Assembly: GCA_963555825.3 (NCBI GenBank)
Contig: CAUVXB020000001.1
Coordinates: forward strand, 2,208,001 to 2,272,000
Length of the DNA: 64,000 bases
Direction of reading: 5' to 3'
Source of the DNA: Alphaproteobacteria bacterium
GTDB lineage: Bacteria > Pseudomonadota > Alphaproteobacteria > JAAXGF01
Part shown: positions 42,980 to 54,924 of the stretch, in pieces
Layout of the letters: each line of letters starts with the position of its first letter
Position numbering within the stretch: position 1 is the stretch's first letter
Program-made: the position numbers and the translations under genes
Notes under the pieces: model-generated
The model's database searches: none
The model's input: the letters and a program-made list of their open reading frames with translations, nothing else
What the model was told of the DNA's origin: nothing

Positions 42980-43888
42980 ATGACCAAGTCCCGCAATTCC
43001 GACGTCAAGCACTGGCTGCGCACCGCCGCGACGATCTCGGAGGCCCTGCCCTATCTGCGCCGCTTCTCGGGCAAGACCTTCGTGATCAAATACGGCGGCC
43101 ACGCGATGGGCGACGATCGGCTGGCGGCGAGCTTCGCCAATGATATCGTGCTGATCAAGCAGGTCGGCATCAACCCGGTCGTGGTGCATGGCGGCGGACC
43201 GCAGATCGGCGACATGCTCGAACGTCTCAAGATCCATAGTTCCTTCGTCGACGGCCTGCGCGTCACCGACGCCGACACCGTCGAGATCGTCGAGATGGTG
43301 CTGTCGGGCAGCATCAACAAGCAGATCGTCACCTTGATCAACGCCGCCGGCGGTCACGCCGTCGGGCTGTCGGGCAAGGACGGCCGACTGATCGAGGCAC
43401 GCAAGCTGCAGCGCACGCAGCGCGACCCCGACTCGAACATCGAGCGAGTCCTCGACCTCGGCTTCGTCGGCGAGCCGGTGCGCATCAACATCGGCGTGCT
43501 CGAGGTCTTCGCCAAGTCCGACATGATCCCGGTGATCGCGCCGATCGGCGTCGGCGAGAACGGCGAGACGTACAACATCAACGCCGACACCGCCGCCGGC
43601 GCAGTCGCCGAGGCGCTCGGCGCCTACCGGCTGATGATGCTGACCGACGTGGCCGGCGTGAATGACGCCGACGGCGAACTGGTCTCGCGCATGTCGATCG
43701 AGAAAGGCCGCGCGCTGATCGCCGACGGCACCATCGCCGGCGGCATGATCCCCAAGGTCGAGACCTGCCTCGCGGTGGTCGAGGCCGGCGCCGACGCGGC
43801 GCATATCCTGGACGGCCGCGTGCCGCATACGCTGCTCGTCGAGGTGTTCACCGCATCCGGCACCGGCACCATGATCGAGGCCAGCTGA
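42980..43888 (+). CDS. argB: Acetylglutamate kinase
   Basis: [29 protein letters not shown]. Confidence 0.96.
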   Translation: MTKSRNSDVKHWLRTAATISEALPYLRRFSGKTFVIKYGGHAMGDDRLAASFANDIVLIKQVGINPVVVHGGGPQIGDMLERLKIHSSFVDGLRVTDADTVEIVEMVLSGSINKQIVTLINAAGGHAVGLSGKDGRLIEARKLQRTQRDPDSNIERVLDLGFVGEPVRINIGVLEVFAKSDMIPVIAPIGVGENGETYNINADTAAGAVAEALGAYRLMMLTDVAGVNDADGELVSRMSIEKGRALIADGTIAGGMIPKVETCLAVVEAGADAAHILDGRVPHTLLVEVFTASGTGTMIEAS

Positions 43889-43896
43889 GCGGCGCC

Positions 43897-44589
43897 ATGG
43901 ACGTCTTGACCAAACGCGCGGAATTCGACCATGTCGAGACCTGGATCTTCGATCTCGACAACACGCTTTATCCTGCGCGCTTCAACCTGTTCGACCAGGT
44001 CGACCTGCGGATCGGCCAGTTCATCGCCCAGGCGCTCGAAGTCGACCACGACGAAGCGCGCCGCGTGCAGAAGCAGTACTTCCGGGCCCATGGCACGACC
44101 CTGCGCGGCCTGATGGACCACCATGGCGTGGCTCCCGCCGACTTCCTCGAATTCGTGCACGAGATCGACTACCACCTGATCCCGCCGAATGCCGAGCTGG
44201 AGCGCGCGCTCGGCCGATTGCCAGGGCGCAAGATCATCTTCACCAACGGGACGACCGACCACGCCGACCGGGTGATGGACCGCCTGGGCGTCGCGCATCA
44301 TATCGAGGGCGTCTTCGACATCGTCGATGCCGACTACGTGCCCAAGCCGGAACCGGGCCCCTACGACACCATGCTCGCACGCTTCGGGATCGACCCGCGC
44401 CGCGCGATCATGGTCGAGGACATCGCGCGCAACCTGGCGCCCGCGGCGGCGCTCGGCATGACCACCGTATGGGTGCGCACGACCAGCCAGTGGGGTCAGC
44501 AAGGCAGCGGCGATGATTATGTCCACCACATTATCGACGACCTCGCCGACTGGCTGATCGCCTTCGTCGACGGCGCGCCCGGCGGTTGA
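43897..44589 (+). CDS. Pyrimidine 5'-nucleotidase (HAD)
   Basis: WIFDLDNTLY, FTNG, PKP, VED. Confidence 0.88.
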   Translation: MDVLTKRAEFDHVETWIFDLDNTLYPARFNLFDQVDLRIGQFIAQALEVDHDEARRVQKQYFRAHGTTLRGLMDHHGVAPADFLEFVHEIDYHLIPPNAELERALGRLPGRKIIFTNGTTDHADRVMDRLGVAHHIEGVFDIVDADYVPKPEPGPYDTMLARFGIDPRRAIMVEDIARNLAPAAALGMTTVWVRTTSQWGQQGSGDDYVHHIIDDLADWLIAFVDGAPGG

Positions 44590-44646
44590 CAGACCACGCC
44601 GCGAAGTTAGGTTACCCTCATTCCACTCCTCATCTCGGGCTAGGCC

Positions 44647-45501
44647 ATGACAGATAGCGACCTGCAGAAAATCATCGACGACGCCTGGGAGCAGCGCGAC
44701 AGCGTCGGGCTCGACAGCGCCCCGGCGCTGCACGCCGCGGTCGACGCCGCGCTCGACGGCCTCGATAGCGGCCGCCTGCGCGTCGCCCAGAAGATCGACG
44801 GCGCCTGGCATGTCAACCAATGGCTCAAGAAGGCCGTGCTGCTGTCGTTCCGGCTCAAGCCGACGGCAACGATCCCCGGCGCGCCGGGCGACGCCGCGCC
44901 GTGGTACGACAAGGTGGCGTCCAAGTTCGAAGGCTGGGGAACGCCCGAGTTCGAGGCCGCCGGCTTCCGCGCCGTGCCGTCCTGCATCGTGCGCCATTCG
45001 GCGCATGTCGCGGCCGGCGTCGTCTTGATGCCGTGCTTCATCAACGTCGGCGCCTATGTCGGCGAAGGCACCATGATCGACACCTGGGCGACGGTGGGAA
45101 GCTGCGCCCAGATCGGTAAGAACTGTCACATCTCGGGCGGTGCCGGCATCGGCGGCGTGCTCGAGCCGCTGCAGGCCGAGCCGGTGATCATCGAGGACAA
45201 CTGCTTCATCGGCGCCCGCAGCGAGGTCGCCGAGGGCGTCATCGTCGAGACCGGCGCGGTGCTCTCGATGGGCGTCTACATCGGCGCCTCGACCAAGATC
45301 GTCGACCGCGCCAGTGGCGAGATCCACTACGGCCGGGTGCCGGCCTATTCGGTGGTGGTGTCGGGCACCCTGCCCCCCAAGTCTTCGTCCGGGACTGACG
45401 CCAACACCCTGGACCCCAGCCTCTACTGCGCCGTCATCGTCAAGCAGGTCGACGAGCGGACCCGGTCCAAGACCTCGCTCAACGAGCTGCTGCGCACATG
45501 A
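44647..45501 (+). CDS. dapD: Tetrahydrodipicolinate N-succinyltransferase
   Basis: [32 protein letters not shown]. Confidence 0.97.
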   Translation: MTDSDLQKIIDDAWEQRDSVGLDSAPALHAAVDAALDGLDSGRLRVAQKIDGAWHVNQWLKKAVLLSFRLKPTATIPGAPGDAAPWYDKVASKFEGWGTPEFEAAGFRAVPSCIVRHSAHVAAGVVLMPCFINVGAYVGEGTMIDTWATVGSCAQIGKNCHISGGAGIGGVLEPLQAEPVIIEDNCFIGARSEVAEGVIVETGAVLSMGVYIGASTKIVDRASGEIHYGRVPAYSVVVSGTLPPKSSSGTDANTLDPSLYCAVIVKQVDERTRSKTSLNELLRT

Positions 45502-46652
45502 CCAACGACATCGACCCGGTCGCGCTGGCCCGTGCACTGATCGCCTGTCCCAGCGTGACGCCGCACGACGGCGGCGCGCTCGGCGTTCTCGAGAATGCGC
45601 TAGCCGGTTTCGGCTTCACCAGCCACCGGCTCAGCTTCGACGAGCCGGGCACCGAGCCGGTCGACAACCTGTACGCCCGGCTCGGTGACGGCGCGCCTAA
45701 TTTCTGCTTCGCCGGCCATACCGACGTGGTGCCGGTCGGCGACGATGCCGCCTGGTCGCTCGATCCATTCGGCGCCGAGATCGTCGACGACGTGCTCTAC
45801 GGCCGCGGCGCGGTCGACATGAAGGGCGCAATCGCGTGCTTCGTCGCCGCCGTGGCGCGCTTCCTGGCGACGCGCGGTGGTCGATTCGACGGCTCGATCA
45901 GCTTGCTTATCACCGGCGACGAGGAAGCGGTGGCGATCAACGGCACGCGCAAGGTGCTCGAATGGATGGCCGAGAACGGCGAGACGATCGACGCCTGCGT
46001 CGTCGGCGAGCCGACCAACCGCGAGACGCTTGGCGACATGGTCAAAATTGGCCGCCGTGGCTCGATCTCGGGCACGCTTACCGTGCGTGGCACCCAGGGC
46101 CACGTCGCCTATCCGCAGCTCGCCGACAATCCGGTGCCGCGGCTGGTCAGGACGCTCGCGGCGCTCGACGACCGGGTGCTCGACGAGGGCACCGAGCACT
46201 TCCAGCCGTCCAACCTCGAGGTCACCACGATCGACGTCGGCAATACCGCCGGCAACGTCATTCCGGCCGAGGCGTCGGCAGAATTCAACATCCGCTTCAA
46301 CGACCACCATACCGGCGCGAGCCTGAGCGAGTGGCTGCACGCGACCTGCGCCGAACACGCCGGCGAACACGAGCTCGGCTTGCACCACAGCGGCGACGCC
46401 TTCCTGACGCCGCCCGGCCCCTTGAGCGCGCTGATGAGCGAGACCGTGGCGCGCGTGCTCGGCGTTCCACCCGAGCTCAGCACGACCGGCGGCACCTCGG
46501 ACGCCCGCTTCATCAAGGACTACTGCCCGGTGGCGGAATTCGGCCTGGTCGGCCAGACCATGCACAAGGTCGACGAACGCGTCGCGCTCAAGGAGTTGCA
46601 CGCGCTGACCGACGTCTACGCCGCCGTGCTCGACGCCTACTTCGCCGACTGA
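45498..46652 (+). CDS. dapE: Succinyl-diaminopimelate desuccinylase
   Basis: [28 protein letters not shown]. Confidence 0.96.
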   Translation: MTNDIDPVALARALIACPSVTPHDGGALGVLENALAGFGFTSHRLSFDEPGTEPVDNLYARLGDGAPNFCFAGHTDVVPVGDDAAWSLDPFGAEIVDDVLYGRGAVDMKGAIACFVAAVARFLATRGGRFDGSISLLITGDEEAVAINGTRKVLEWMAENGETIDACVVGEPTNRETLGDMVKIGRRGSISGTLTVRGTQGHVAYPQLADNPVPRLVRTLAALDDRVLDEGTEHFQPSNLEVTTIDVGNTAGNVIPAEASAEFNIRFNDHHTGASLSEWLHATCAEHAGEHELGLHHSGDAFLTPPGPLSALMSETVARVLGVPPELSTTGGTSDARFIKDYCPVAEFGLVGQTMHKVDERVALKELHALTDVYAAVLDAYFAD

Positions 46653-46671
46653 TGCCGGGCGTCGCCGACTG

Positions 46672-47232
46672 ATGCCAAAGCTCGCCGAGGTCGGCCGCGC
46701 GATTTACGGCGCCTGGCGCCTGATGCTGTTCGACGCCGGCGGCATGGCGTATCTCGACACCTCGATCGACGGTTTCTGGCGCTCGTTTTTCGCCGCCGTC
46801 GTCGTCGCGCCGGCCTATGTGGTGTTCGTCGTCACTGGTCTCACAACGGCCGACGCCGAGGCCGTCGATCCCGCTTGGGCGGCGCTGGTCAAGGGCGGCG
46901 CCTATCTCATGAGCTGGGTCGTCTTCCCGGCCGCCGCCGTCTTCGTCACGCGGCTGCTCGGCGTGACCGGGCGCTACATCCCGTTGATCGTTGCCTACAA
47001 CTGGTCGAACGTGCCGCCGCTGCTGATCCTGTTGCCGGCCGCGATGCTGACCGCCTCGGGCAGCGGGATCGGCGAGACCATAGGGACACTCGCGCTTCTG
47101 TTCATCCTAGTCTACGAGTGGTTCGTCGTGCGCGTCGCGCTCGGCGTCGCCGCGTTCACCGCGGTCGGCATCGTCGTCCTCGACGTCTTGCTGGGCCTGA
47201 TCATCCAGATGAGCACGACAAGTCTGCTATAG
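46672..47232 (+). CDS. Hypothetical membrane protein
   Basis: ~5 TM helices; FWRSF and VAYNW motifs. Confidence 0.75.
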   Translation: MPKLAEVGRAIYGAWRLMLFDAGGMAYLDTSIDGFWRSFFAAVVVAPAYVVFVVTGLTTADAEAVDPAWAALVKGGAYLMSWVVFPAAAVFVTRLLGVTGRYIPLIVAYNWSNVPPLLILLPAAMLTASGSGIGETIGTLALLFILVYEWFVVRVALGVAAFTAVGIVVLDVLLGLIIQMSTTSLL

Positions 47233-47241
47233 AAATTTGTG

Positions 47242-47325
47242 CGGTCACCTTCGGTGACCTGCGCTCATTCGCCGCGCATGCTCTTCGCCGAACGGTCGGC
47301 GGCCCGCGGTCGCGGGCTGGTAGAT
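47242..47325 (-). repeat. Structured intergenic repeat family B, copy 3 (short form)
   Basis: Reverse complement matches 11000-11111 with shortened hairpins. Confidence 0.7.
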
Positions 47326-47330
47326 TCGGG

Positions 47331-48068
47331 TCAATAACGCACCGCGACCAGATAGAGACCTTCCGCGGGCGCCGTCGGGCCGGCGGCGGAACGGTCGCGT
47401 GCGGCCAGCGCGGCGGCGACGTCGTCGGCCGTCCACTTGCCTTCGCCGACCAGCTTGAGTGTGCCGACCATGTTGCGCACCTGATGGTGCAGGAACGAGC
47501 GCGCCCGCGCGGTCGCGATGATCTCGTCGCCGTCGCGTTCGACGGTCAGCGCATCGAGCGTCTTGTCGGGTGATTTCGCCTGGCACTCGCTGGCGCGGAA
47601 GCTGGTGAAGTCGTGGTGACCGACAAGCCCCCGCGCGGCGCCGTCCATGGCGGCGACATCGAGCGGCTTGGCGACCCACCAGGCGCGGCCGCGATCGAGC
47701 GCCAGCGGGCCGCGTCGGTTGGTGATGCGGTAGCGATAGGTCCGCTCGACCGCCGAGCGACGCGCGTCGAAATCGCTGCCGACCGCCTCGACCGCGACGA
47801 CCGCGATCGCCGCCCGACCCAGGTGGTGGTTGACCGCGTCGCGCACCACGTCGGCCTCCCGGGCGCGCGCCAGATCGAGATGTGCGACCTGGCCCAACGC
47901 GTGAACGCCCGCGTCAGTGCGCCCGGCGCCGTGGACCGTGACGCGCTCGCCCGAGAACGCCGCGACCGCTTCTTCGAGCGCCTGTTGGATCGACGGCCCA
48001 TTGTCCTGACGCTGCCAGCCGACGAACCCGCAACCGTCGTATTCGAGGGTGAGCTTGTAGCGCGGCAT
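47331..48068 (-). CDS. truA: tRNA pseudouridine(38-40) synthase
   Basis: [20 protein letters not shown]. Confidence 0.96.
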   Translation of the reverse strand: MPRYKLTLEYDGCGFVGWQRQDNGPSIQQALEEAVAAFSGERVTVHGAGRTDAGVHALGQVAHLDLARAREADVVRDAVNHHLGRAAIAVVAVEAVGSDFDARRSAVERTYRYRITNRRGPLALDRGRAWWVAKPLDVAAMDGAARGLVGHHDFTSFRASECQAKSPDKTLDALTVERDGDEIIATARARSFLHHQVRNMVGTLKLVGEGKWTADDVAAALAARDRSAAGPTAPAEGLYLVAVRY

Positions 48069-48070
48069 GA

Positions 48071-48994
48071 TTAGCCGAGCACCGAGCCGACGGCGAGGCG
48101 CGCGCCGCGCAGATAGGCCGCGCCATCGGCCGGCGCCTTGCCGGCGCGCTGCACCGTGACCAGTCTGAGCGCGGCCGCGCCACAGGCGACCGTCGGCTCG
48201 TCGCCGATCAGCGTGCCCGGTGCGCCGATGCCGTCGACGACGTCCGCCGCGAGCACCTTCACCGCCGTCCCGCCGACCTCGAACCAGGCGCCTGGCCGCG
48301 GCGCGAAGGCACGCACCAGGCGTTCCAACTCGACGGCCGGCCGATGCCAGTCGAGGCGGCCTTGCTGCTTGGTCAGTTTGGCGGCGTAGGTGGCGCCATC
48401 CTCGGGCTGAGGCGTCGCCGTGAGCGTGCCCGCCGTGGCCTGATCGAGCGCCGCGACGATCAGCCGGCCGCCAAGCACCGCGAGGTCGTCGTGCAGTGTC
48501 CCGCCGGTCGCATCGGCCGGCACGGGCACGCGCTCGACCAGCAGCACAGGGCCGATGTCAACGCCCTCTGCCATCCGGATGATGGCGACGCCGGTCGCCG
48601 CGTCGCCGGCCTCGATGGTGCGCGGGATCGGCGCCGGACCGCGCCACCGCGGCAGCAACGACGGATGAACGTTCAAACAGCCGAGCCGGGGCGCGTCGAG
48701 CACCGCGCGCGGCAGGATCTGCCCATAGGCGACGACGACGCAGGCATCGCAGCCCAACGCGGCAAAGTCCGCCTGCGCGGCCTCGTCGCGCAGGCTCGTC
48801 GGCGTTGCCACGTCGAGGCCCAACCGCTCGGCGGCGTCATGCACCGGGGTTTGCCGCGGTTTGTGGCCGCGCCCGGCGGGCCGGGGCGGTTGGCTGTAGA
48901 CGCGGGCGATGTCGTGGCCGGCGGCGTGGATGGCTTCGAGCGACGGCACGGCGAACGCCGCCGTGCCCATGAAGACGAGGCGGAGGACAGGCAT
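48071..48994 (-). CDS. fmt: Methionyl-tRNA formyltransferase
   Basis: [25 protein letters not shown]. Confidence 0.96.
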   Translation of the reverse strand: MPVLRLVFMGTAAFAVPSLEAIHAAGHDIARVYSQPPRPAGRGHKPRQTPVHDAAERLGLDVATPTSLRDEAAQADFAALGCDACVVVAYGQILPRAVLDAPRLGCLNVHPSLLPRWRGPAPIPRTIEAGDAATGVAIIRMAEGVDIGPVLLVERVPVPADATGGTLHDDLAVLGGRLIVAALDQATAGTLTATPQPEDGATYAAKLTKQQGRLDWHRPAVELERLVRAFAPRPGAWFEVGGTAVKVLAADVVDGIGAPGTLIGDEPTVACGAAALRLVTVQRAGKAPADGAAYLRGARLAVGSVLG

Positions 48995-48996
48995 GG

Positions 48997-49521
48997 TTAG
49001 GCGCTTTTCAGCGCCCGCGCCTTGCGCAGCTTGGTCAGCCTGCGAAGGATGATGCTGCGCCGGACCGCCGACAGGTGGTCGACGAACAGGATGCCCTCGA
49101 GGTGGTCCATCTCGTGCAGGATGCAGCGCGCCAGCAGGCCCTCGGCGTCGATCTCCTGCTCGACCCCGTCGGCGTCGAGGTGGCGCAGCTTGACTTCGCC
49201 GGGCCGCCGCAGTTCGACGAATTGGTCGGGCAGCGAGAGACAGCCTTCCTCGGCCATGACCTGCTCGTCCGACACCCAGACGATCTCCGGGTTGACCAGC
49301 CGAAGCGGCGCGCTGGGCTCGCCCTCGCGCGCGATGTCGATGACGATGACGCGCTTGGCGACGCCGACCTGGATCGCCGAGATGCCGACGCCGGGCGCGT
49401 CGTGCATGGTTTCGATCATGTCGTCCATCAGCTTGCGCAGACCGTCGTCGACCCGCTCGACGGGCTCGGACTTGATCTTGAGGCGCGCATCGGGCGCGAT
49501 GATGATGGGCAGGATCGACAT
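48997..49521 (-). CDS. def: Peptide deformylase
   Basis: [19 protein letters not shown]. Confidence 0.96.
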   Translation of the reverse strand: MSILPIIIAPDARLKIKSEPVERVDDGLRKLMDDMIETMHDAPGVGISAIQVGVAKRVIVIDIAREGEPSAPLRLVNPEIVWVSDEQVMAEEGCLSLPDQFVELRRPGEVKLRHLDADGVEQEIDAEGLLARCILHEMDHLEGILFVDHLSAVRRSIILRRLTKLRKARALKSA

Positions 49522-49636
49522 GGCGCGGAGTTTAGCTCTTTCCTCGAATTTGCAACAGCGTAGGTAAGTTGGCGCGTCGTCGGCGTCAAGCCGTGCTAAT
49601 GTCGCCGCCGAGCGCGATGGTGAAGAGGAATTGGAC

Positions 49637-50698
49637 ATGGACGCCGGCTGGTTGATCGTCGTCGCCGCCGTGTTGGCGGCGGGGCTCGCGGCGCTCGCCG
49701 TCTTTCTCTTGTCGGCGCAGAAGGAGTTGAGCGGCCGGCTCGCCCAGATGGCCGAGACCAGCGCCGCGGCACAAGCGACCATCAACAAGACGCTCGAGGA
49801 GCGCCTCGACGCGGTAACCAAGCGCCTCGGCGACGGCCTCGAGCAGTCCACGGTCCGCACCCAGAAGACGATCGGCGACATCCAGTCGCGGCTCGCCGTC
49901 ATCGACGCCGCCCAGAAGAACCTCACCGAGCTGGCCGGCCAGGTCGTCGGCCTGCAGGACATCCTGGCCAACAAGCAGGCGCGCGGCGCCTTCGGCGAGG
50001 TCCAGCTCGAGGACCTGGTACGCAACATCCTGCCGCCCTCGGCCTATGAATTCCAGGCGACGCTCGCCAACGGCAAGCGCGCCGACTGCCTGATCAAGCT
50101 GCCCGACCCGCCGGGGCCGATCGTGGTCGACGCCAAGTTCCCGCTCGAGAGCTATCACGCGCTGCGCGCGGCGCAAGACGACGCCTCAAAACTCGCCGCC
50201 GGACGGGCCTTCGGCCAGGACATCTTGAAGCATATCAAAGACATCGCCGAGCGCTACATCGTTCCCGGCGAGACCGCCGAATCGGCGCTCATGTTCCTGC
50301 CGTCGGAGGCGGTCTACGCCGAGCTTCACGCCGAGTTCCCGGAAGTCGTCGAGCGCTCGTACAGGGCGCGCGTCTGGATCGTCTCGCCGACCACGCTGTG
50401 GGCGCTGTTGAACACCGTGCGCGCGGTGCTCAAGGACGTCCAGATGCACGAACAGGCCGGCATCATCCAGAAGGAGGTGCTGACCATGCTGAGCGACGTC
50501 GCGCGGCTCGACGACCGCGTCGGCAAGCTGCAGCGCCACTTCGACCTGACGAGCGAGGACATCCGCCAGATCCGCATCTCGACCGAAAAGGTGACCAAGC
50601 GCGGCGAACGCATCGAGGGCCTCGAGCTCGGCGAGAACGACGCCGCCGAGGAGCTGCCAGTCCCGCCGGTCACCCCGCTCGAAGTGAAGGAGGGCTGA
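49637..50698 (+). CDS. rmuC: DNA recombination protein RmuC
   Basis: RGAFGEVQL, VDAKFPL, MFLPSEAVY, VSPTTL. Confidence 0.92.
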   Translation: MDAGWLIVVAAVLAAGLAALAVFLLSAQKELSGRLAQMAETSAAAQATINKTLEERLDAVTKRLGDGLEQSTVRTQKTIGDIQSRLAVIDAAQKNLTELAGQVVGLQDILANKQARGAFGEVQLEDLVRNILPPSAYEFQATLANGKRADCLIKLPDPPGPIVVDAKFPLESYHALRAAQDDASKLAAGRAFGQDILKHIKDIAERYIVPGETAESALMFLPSEAVYAELHAEFPEVVERSYRARVWIVSPTTLWALLNTVRAVLKDVQMHEQAGIIQKEVLTMLSDVARLDDRVGKLQRHFDLTSEDIRQIRISTEKVTKRGERIEGLELGENDAAEELPVPPVTPLEVKEG

Positions 50699-50737
50699 AC
50701 GGCCCGAACCGTCACCGCCGCATTGCGTCCCCTTGCG

Positions 50738-51331
50738 TCAAACCTTCTGGCGCGCCTTGAGGGCCGCGGCCAGCGTGCCGTCGTCGAGGTATTCGAGCTC
50801 GCCGCCGACCGGCACGCCCTGGGCGAGCCGCGAGATCGTGACGTCGCAGTCGGCGAGGCGGTCGGCGATGTAATGCGCCGTCGTCTGGCCGTCGACCGTC
50901 GCACTGGTCGCGAGGATCACCTCGGTGACCTCGGGCGCCGCGGCACGGGCCACCAGCCCGGCGATGTTGAGGTCCTCGGGGCCGATGCCGTCGAGCGGCG
51001 ACAGCACGCCGCCGAGCACGTGAAAGCGGCCCTTGAAGACGCCGGTGCGCGCCAGCGCCCAGAGGTCGGCGACCTCCTCGACGATGCAGATGACCGATCG
51101 ATCGCGCCGCCCGTCCTGGCACAGCGCGCATGGATCGGCGGTATCCAGGTTGCCGCACACCGAACACGGCGCGACGCGCTCGGCCGCGACGCCAAGCGCG
51201 GCAACCAGCGGCGCCAGCACGGTGTCGCCGTGCTTCAACAGGTAGAGCGTCGCGCGGCGCGCCGAACGCGGCCCGAGGCCGGGCAGCTTGGCGAGCAACT
51301 GGATAACGCGGTCGATTTCGGATGTCGTCAC
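50738..51331 (-). CDS. recR: Recombination mediator RecR
   Basis: [12 protein letters not shown]4 zinc finger, [12 protein letters not shown]. Confidence 0.96.
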   Translation of the reverse strand: MTTSEIDRVIQLLAKLPGLGPRSARRATLYLLKHGDTVLAPLVAALGVAAERVAPCSVCGNLDTADPCALCQDGRRDRSVICIVEEVADLWALARTGVFKGRFHVLGGVLSPLDGIGPEDLNIAGLVARAAAPEVTEVILATSATVDGQTTAHYIADRLADCDVTISRLAQGVPVGGELEYLDDGTLAAALKARQKV

Positions 51332-51350
51332 GGCGACGCGACCCGAGCGA

Positions 51351-51674
51351 TCAGAACGGCAATTGCATGCCGGGCGGCAGTTGCAGGCCGCCGGTCAGTT
51401 TCTGCAATTCCTCGCTGGCGTGGGCGTCGACCCGCGTCTTGGCGTCGTTGACAGCGGCAACGACCAGATCCTCGAGCACCTCGATGTCGGCGGGATCGGC
51501 GAGTGCCGGGTCGATCTTGATGCCGCGCAGCTCGCCCTTGCCGTTGAGCGTCGCGGTAACCAGCCCACCGCCGGCGGCGCCCGAGATCTCGACCGCCTCG
51601 AGCTTGGCCTGCATCTCGGCCATCTTCGACTGCATCTCCTGCGCCTGCTTCATCAGGCGGCCGATGTTCGTCAT
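51351..51674 (-). CDS. ybaB: YbaB/EbfC nucleoid-associated protein
   Basis: [25 protein letters not shown]. Confidence 0.94.
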   Translation of the reverse strand: MTNIGRLMKQAQEMQSKMAEMQAKLEAVEISGAAGGGLVTATLNGKGELRGIKIDPALADPADIEVLEDLVVAAVNDAKTRVDAHASEELQKLTGGLQLPPGMQLPF

Positions 51675-53365
51675 GTCGCCTCCTCTTTGTCCGCGTCGCC
51701 GGGCGGCGTCGCGCGCGGCCTGACGTCGGTTACCTTGGCGTCGGGGAACGTGTCGAGCACCGCCTTGACCAGCGGGTGTTGCTCGGCCTCGGCGATCGCC
51801 TCGCCGAGAGCTTGCGCCGCCTGCTCGCCGAGTGTCGGCGCGCCGTCGTCGCTCGACACCACGGCGACCCAGCGTTGGCCGGTCCAATTGGTCAGCTTCT
51901 CGCCCAGCGCGTTTGCCAACTTCGACGGCGCCTCGGGGGTCGGGTGGAACTCGATACGGCCGGTCTCGAAGCGCACCAGCCGGACGTGGTTTCGCAGATG
52001 GGTCGCAAGCACCATCTCAGCCTTCGCCTCGGCGAGCGCGATGACGTCGGCCAGGCTGGTCGGCTGCGGCGGACCGTCGGGCACCGGGGCCGGCGCGACC
52101 TCGACCAGCTCGGCGGGCGCCGTGGCGGCCATGCCGCGGTGTGCGCCGTCATCGGAGGAACGGGATGCGGCGGCTGGCGGCGGTGCCGGCGCCGCGCCAC
52201 CCTTGGTGAGCGCCTTGACCAGCTCGGCCGGCGCCGGCAGCTCGGCGACATAGGCGAGCCGCACCATGACCATCTCGACCGCGGACAGCGGATTGGGCGC
52301 GACGCGCGCCTCGCCGAGGCCCTTCATGAGCATCTGCCAGCAGCGCGCCAGCACGGGCATCGAGAGACGCCCGGCGAGGTCGGTGCCGCGTTTCCGCTCG
52401 GCCTCGGGCACGTTGATCGCGCCCGCCGCGTCGGGCACCACCTTGACCCGCGTCAGCCAGTGGGTCAGCTCCAAGAGGTCCTGGAGCACGACCAGCGGGT
52501 CGACGCCGGCGGCGTACTGGCGCGCCAGCGCGTCGAGCGCGCTCTTGATCTCGCCCGCCATCAGCGCCTCGAACAGGTCGAACACCTGGATGCGATCGGC
52601 GAGGCCGAGCATGTCCGAGACCTGCTGCTCGTCGATCGTCGCGCCGGCATGGGCAATCGCCTGGTCGAGGATCGACAGCGCGTCGCGCACCGAGCCGTCG
52701 GCCGCGCGTGCGATCAGCGCGAGCGCCGCGGGCTCCGCCGTCACCGCCTCCTTGGCCAGAATTTCCTCGAGATGGCCGACCAGCAGCGCGGCGTCGATGC
52801 GCCGTAAATCGAAGCGCTGACAGCGCGACACCACGGTGACCGGCACCTTGCGCGTCTCGGTCGTGGCGAAGATGAACTTGACGTGCGGCGGCGGCTCCTC
52901 GAGCGTCTTCAACAGCGCGTTGAAGGCGTTGCGCGACAACATGTGCACTTCGTCGACGATGTAGATCTTGTAGCGCGCCGAGACCGGCCGGTAGCGCACG
53001 CCCTCGATCAGCTCGCGGATGTCGTCGACGCCGGTGCGGCTGGCGGCGTCCATCTCGAGCACGTCGACGTGACGGTCCTCGGCGATCGCCACGCAGTGCT
53101 CGCATGCGCCGCAGGGCGTGATCGTCGGGCCACCCGCGCCGTCGGCGCCGATGCAGTTGAGCGCGCGCGCGAGGATGCGCGCCGTCGTCGTCTTGCCGAC
53201 GCCGCGCACGCCGGTCAACAGATAGGCATGCGCCAGGCGCCCGCCCTCGATCGCGTTCGAGAGCGTGCGCACCAGCGCGTCCTGGCCGATCAATTCGGCG
53301 AAGATGGCAGGGCGATATTTGCGGGCGAGGACCCGGTAGGAACGATCGCTCGTTTCGGTGCTCAT
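51671..53365 (-). CDS. dnaX: DNA polymerase III gamma/tau
   Basis: [25 protein letters not shown]. Confidence 0.97.
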   Translation of the reverse strand: MSTETSDRSYRVLARKYRPAIFAELIGQDALVRTLSNAIEGGRLAHAYLLTGVRGVGKTTTARILARALNCIGADGAGGPTITPCGACEHCVAIAEDRHVDVLEMDAASRTGVDDIRELIEGVRYRPVSARYKIYIVDEVHMLSRNAFNALLKTLEEPPPHVKFIFATTETRKVPVTVVSRCQRFDLRRIDAALLVGHLEEILAKEAVTAEPAALALIARAADGSVRDALSILDQAIAHAGATIDEQQVSDMLGLADRIQVFDLFEALMAGEIKSALDALARQYAAGVDPLVVLQDLLELTHWLTRVKVVPDAAGAINVPEAERKRGTDLAGRLSMPVLARCWQMLMKGLGEARVAPNPLSAVEMVMVRLAYVAELPAPAELVKALTKGGAAPAPPPAAASRSSDDGAHRGMAATAPAELVEVAPAPVPDGPPQPTSLADVIALAEAKAEMVLATHLRNHVRLVRFETGRIEFHPTPEAPSKLANALGEKLTNWTGQRWVAVVSSDDGAPTLGEQAAQALGEAIAEAEQHPLVKAVLDTFPDAKVTDVRPRATPPGDADKEEAT

Positions 53366-53409
53366 TCGGCTTGTCTGGCCCCGATACCTTTTAAGGTGGA
53401 TGAGCGACG

Positions 53410-53510
53410 GGTGGGAGACTGAACGCCGACCCGGGCCGGTCTCGTTACGGCTGCTTCCTTCCGGACCTGACCGGGTTGGCGAGTGGCCCGTCCGTCGCCA
53501 GCCTCCCACC
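53410..53510 (-). ncRNA. ffs: SRP RNA (4.5S)
   Basis: TCAGGTCCGGAAGGAAGCAGC domain IV; paired ends; upstream of dnaX. Confidence 0.93.
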
Positions 53511-53550
53511 GCACTATAGCAGGAAGGCATGGCCGCGAAACAAGACTTAG

Positions 53551-53631
53551 GGCATTGTCCGGTCAGCTTTACGACGTAAAGCTGACCTGCGCTCAATCGC
53601 CGCGCATGCTTCCGCCGAACGGTCGGCGGCC
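53551..53631 (-). repeat. Structured intergenic repeat family B, copy 4
   Basis: Same core; abuts a C23 run at 53630-53652. Confidence 0.7.
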
Positions 53632-53785
53632 CCCCCCCCCCCCCCCCCCCCCTCTTGTCCCACTAAGGTTGGCGCGGGCTGGCATGATACGACCGATACA
53701 GATCGATCGGCTCGTGCTTTGGCACCGTTCCGGGCCGACTTTTCGGTGGCTTGTCAGTGCCCGGCGGCTGTGCAAGGCTCCGGCC

Positions 53786-54703
53786 ATGGCACGCATCAAC
53801 GTCTATGCTGGCGGGACGCTCGACCGCCTCTCGGGCCATCGCGGCGACGCGGCCTGGATCGCCGCCCGGCGCGCCGATCCGGCGAGCCGCTACGTCGTCG
53901 TCTGGCGCAGTCGCTGCCTGGTAAGTGACGGCGAGCCGCCGCATATCGCGCTGTTGGACCACGCGACGATCCAGCCGGTCGTCGAAGATGCGGTGGAGGT
54001 CGCGCTGCTCGGCGTCGACGGCGGTGCCGCCTATTTCGCGGTCGGCCTGCCGGCGTCGACCGACGACCCGACCGAGGGCCCGCTCGCCGGGCTCGGCGCG
54101 TTCGAGGATCTGCGCGCGGTCGGCGGCCGCCTGACCGCGTCCGAGGCGGCCATGCTGGCGCTCTCGCGCGGCATCATGTACTGGCACGAGCGCCATCTGT
54201 TTTGCGGCGTCTGCGGCAGCCCGACCGCGAGCCGCGACGCCGGCTTCATCCGGTTGTGCGCCAACGACGCCTGCAACGCGCAGCATTTCCCGCGCACCGA
54301 CCCGGCCGTGATCATGGCGGTGAGCGACGGCGACTACTGCCTGCTGGGCCGCGGCCGCGACTGGCCGAAGGGCCAGTATTCGACGCTCGCCGGCTTCGCC
54401 GAACCGGGCGAGAGCCTCGAGGAGGCGGTCGCCCGCGAGGTCGTCGAGGAATCGGGAATCGTGGTGCGCAACGTGCGCTATCATTCGTCGCAGCCGTGGC
54501 CGTTCCCCGGCTCGATCATGCTCGGCTTCCACGCCGAAGCGGCGACCACCGAGGTGACGGTCAACCACGACGAACTCGAGGACGCCCGCTGGTTCCACCG
54601 CGACGAGTTGTTGAACCCGCGCGACGGCTTCCGCCTGCCGCGCACCGAATCGATCGCCCGGCGCCTGGTCGAGGACTGGCTCTCGGGCGCGATCGACGGA
54701 TAG
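53786..54703 (+). CDS. nudC: NAD(+) diphosphatase / NAD-cap decapping enzyme
   Basis: FCGVCG, FPRTDPAVI, Nudix box, SQPWPFP. Confidence 0.94.
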   Translation: MARINVYAGGTLDRLSGHRGDAAWIAARRADPASRYVVVWRSRCLVSDGEPPHIALLDHATIQPVVEDAVEVALLGVDGGAAYFAVGLPASTDDPTEGPLAGLGAFEDLRAVGGRLTASEAAMLALSRGIMYWHERHLFCGVCGSPTASRDAGFIRLCANDACNAQHFPRTDPAVIMAVSDGDYCLLGRGRDWPKGQYSTLAGFAEPGESLEEAVAREVVEESGIVVRNVRYHSSQPWPFPGSIMLGFHAEAATTEVTVNHDELEDARWFHRDELLNPRDGFRLPRTESIARRLVEDWLSGAIDG

Positions 54704-54722
54704 GACAACAGACCTATAATAA

Positions 54723-54896
54723 TGGGGTCAGACACTTTTATTATGGTTTATTTATAGATAGATAAATGGTGTCTGACCCCACTAGGCTTGAGTATCAAAA
54801 TTGATTTAAACATATTGCAAATTTATACGGGGTCAGACACCATTATTATTCATTGACTATAAATAGTTAAAATAGAGTCTGACCCCGTATAAATTT
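54723..54896. repeat. Pair of AT-rich-looped palindromes (GGGGTCAGAC...GTCTGACCCC), REP-like
   Basis: IRs 54723-54735/54769-54781 (13 bp) and 54819-54838/54877-54896 (20 bp). Confidence 0.75.
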
Positions 54897-54924
54897 GGCA
54901 TGTCGTTGGGCGGCGGGCGCTCGC

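Noticed and set aside
40118-45537. Very long antisense ORFs (e.g. 40118..42577, 43624..45537)
   Set aside because: Shadow frames of high-GC coding genes on the other strand
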